Positions 63,323 to 64,000 of a stretch of 64,000 bases of DNA are shown one piece after another. The notes under the pieces were generated by a model. It was not told the DNA's origin. It saw only the letters and a list, made by a program, of their open reading frames with translations, and did not search any database. A program made the translations under genes and the position numbers. This DNA comes from Dehalococcoidales bacterium (GTDB lineage: Bacteria > Chloroflexota > Dehalococcoidia > Dehalococcoidales > RBG-16-60-22), in the NCBI GenBank assembly GCA_028712355.1, contig JAQTQH010000003.1, positions 2,117 through 66,116 on the forward strand, written 5' to 3'. Position 1 is the first letter of the stretch. Each line of letters opens with the position of its first letter.

Positions 63323-64000
63323 ATGAAGCACACAATTCCGGTCATTGACCTATTTGCCGGGCCAGGGGGTCTAAGCGAAGGATTTAGCTGCTTTCGAGAT
63401 GATTCAGGAAAGAATCCCTTCAACGTTGTCCTATCTATAGAAAAGGACCCTATTGCTCATCAAACGCTAGAGTTGAGGAGTTTCTTCCGATTTCTTGACC
63501 GAGAGTCGGATGCATATGATTATTTCAGGTATCTACGCAGGGAAATTACTAAAGAGGAACTCTTTAAGAAGCACCAAGAACAGGCTATCAAGGCAAAAGC
63601 TGCTTGTTGGATGGCAGAGCTAGGTAGCCCAGACCTTGCATATTCGACGGTGAAGAGCCGCATAAACTCAGCGATTGGCAAGAGTGCGTTGTGGCTCCTT
63701 ATTGGAGGGCCTCCTTGCCAGGCATATTCAGTAATTGGCCGTGCCCGTGTAAGAAGTGTTGAACCTAAACAATATGAGAACGATAATCGTCATTTCCTAT
63801 ACAAAGAATACCTTAAAATAGTAGCAGACTATTCCCCTCCCATGTTTCTTATGGAAAACGTCAAAGGGTTGCTTTCCACCCAAGTAAACGGTCTCAATAT
63901 GTTTGCAAAAATCGTGAAAGACCTCGAGGCCCCCGGCGTGGCAATCGCTGGAAGGAAGTCGAATGATCCTACTGTGAAATATGAAATATTCTCATTATCA
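63323..64000 (+). CDS. DNA (cytosine-5)-methyltransferase (partial; runs off window end)
   Basis: Not in the ORF track because it is open-ended. My translation: MKHTIPVIDLFAGPGGLSEGF (motif I), LLIGGPPCQAYS (motif IV), FLMENVKGLLS (motif VI). The ATG lies 1 nt after the glycosylase stop. Confidence 0.9.
   Translation, partial: MKHTIPVIDLFAGPGGLSEGFSCFRDDSGKNPFNVVLSIEKDPIAHQTLELRSFFRFLDRESDAYDYFRYLRREITKEELFKKHQEQAIKAKAACWMAELGSPDLAYSTVKSRINSAIGKSALWLLIGGPPCQAYSVIGRARVRSVEPKQYENDNRHFLYKEYLKIVADYSPPMFLMENVKGLLSTQVNGLNMFAKIVKDLEAPGVAIAGRKSNDPTVKYEIFSLS

Overview
64-kb stretch of a bacterial chromosome. It is mostly housekeeping, transport and sensing genes on both strands. Core genes are GC-rich by hand sampling (36/60 G+C at 47401-47460). 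Recognisable core: a six-gene MoxR/DUF58-type operon (1-5775, minus); an XRE-HTH membrane protein with a ~200-bp (Pro-Thr)n coding repeat; a GNAT-fused ADP-forming acyl-CoA synthetase; an OYE/FadH-like reductase; an enoyl-CoA hydratase; MFS and spermidine-synthase-like membrane proteins; a mog-trmD-rplS-priA-def block; a TRAP transporter; a stripped-down dcw cluster (mraZ-rsmH-ftsA-ftsZ with no mur/pbp/ftsW/ftsQ genes); rsmD-coaD; a ferredoxin; a MacAB-like efflux operon with a GbsR/MarR regulator; proC; leuS; dhaKL; an NDP-sugar pyrophosphorylase; dnaJ-hspR-clpB; and three tRNAs (Arg-UCG, His-GUG, Ala-GGC). The wall-less-type dcw cluster and the Pro/Thr-rich linkers suggest a Chloroflexota/Dehalococcoidia-like organism, but this is a low-confidence inference. 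Intergenic DNA carries a family of GTCATT...AATGAC palindromic repeats, including one nested copy, and GGGAGAGG-type repeats that flank a DUF559 gene. Two segments look accessory. (i) 8.8-12.4 kb next to tRNA-Arg has lower GC, is bracketed by a 19/20 direct repeat, and holds a histidine kinase, a receiver, a tyrosine-integrase remnant and an HNH-SAP nuclease. (ii) 58.1-64.0 kb lies directly 3-prime of tRNA-Ala and is a low-GC defence island. It carries a SIR2-HerA pair and, divergently, a tightly coupled operon: wHTH, HNH nuclease with an unassigned N-terminal domain, MutY/Mig-like HhH-GPD glycosylase, and C5 cytosine methyltransferase (cut by the window edge). This second operon is the best candidate for something not yet described. 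No rRNA, CRISPR array or intact transposase/integrase was seen.
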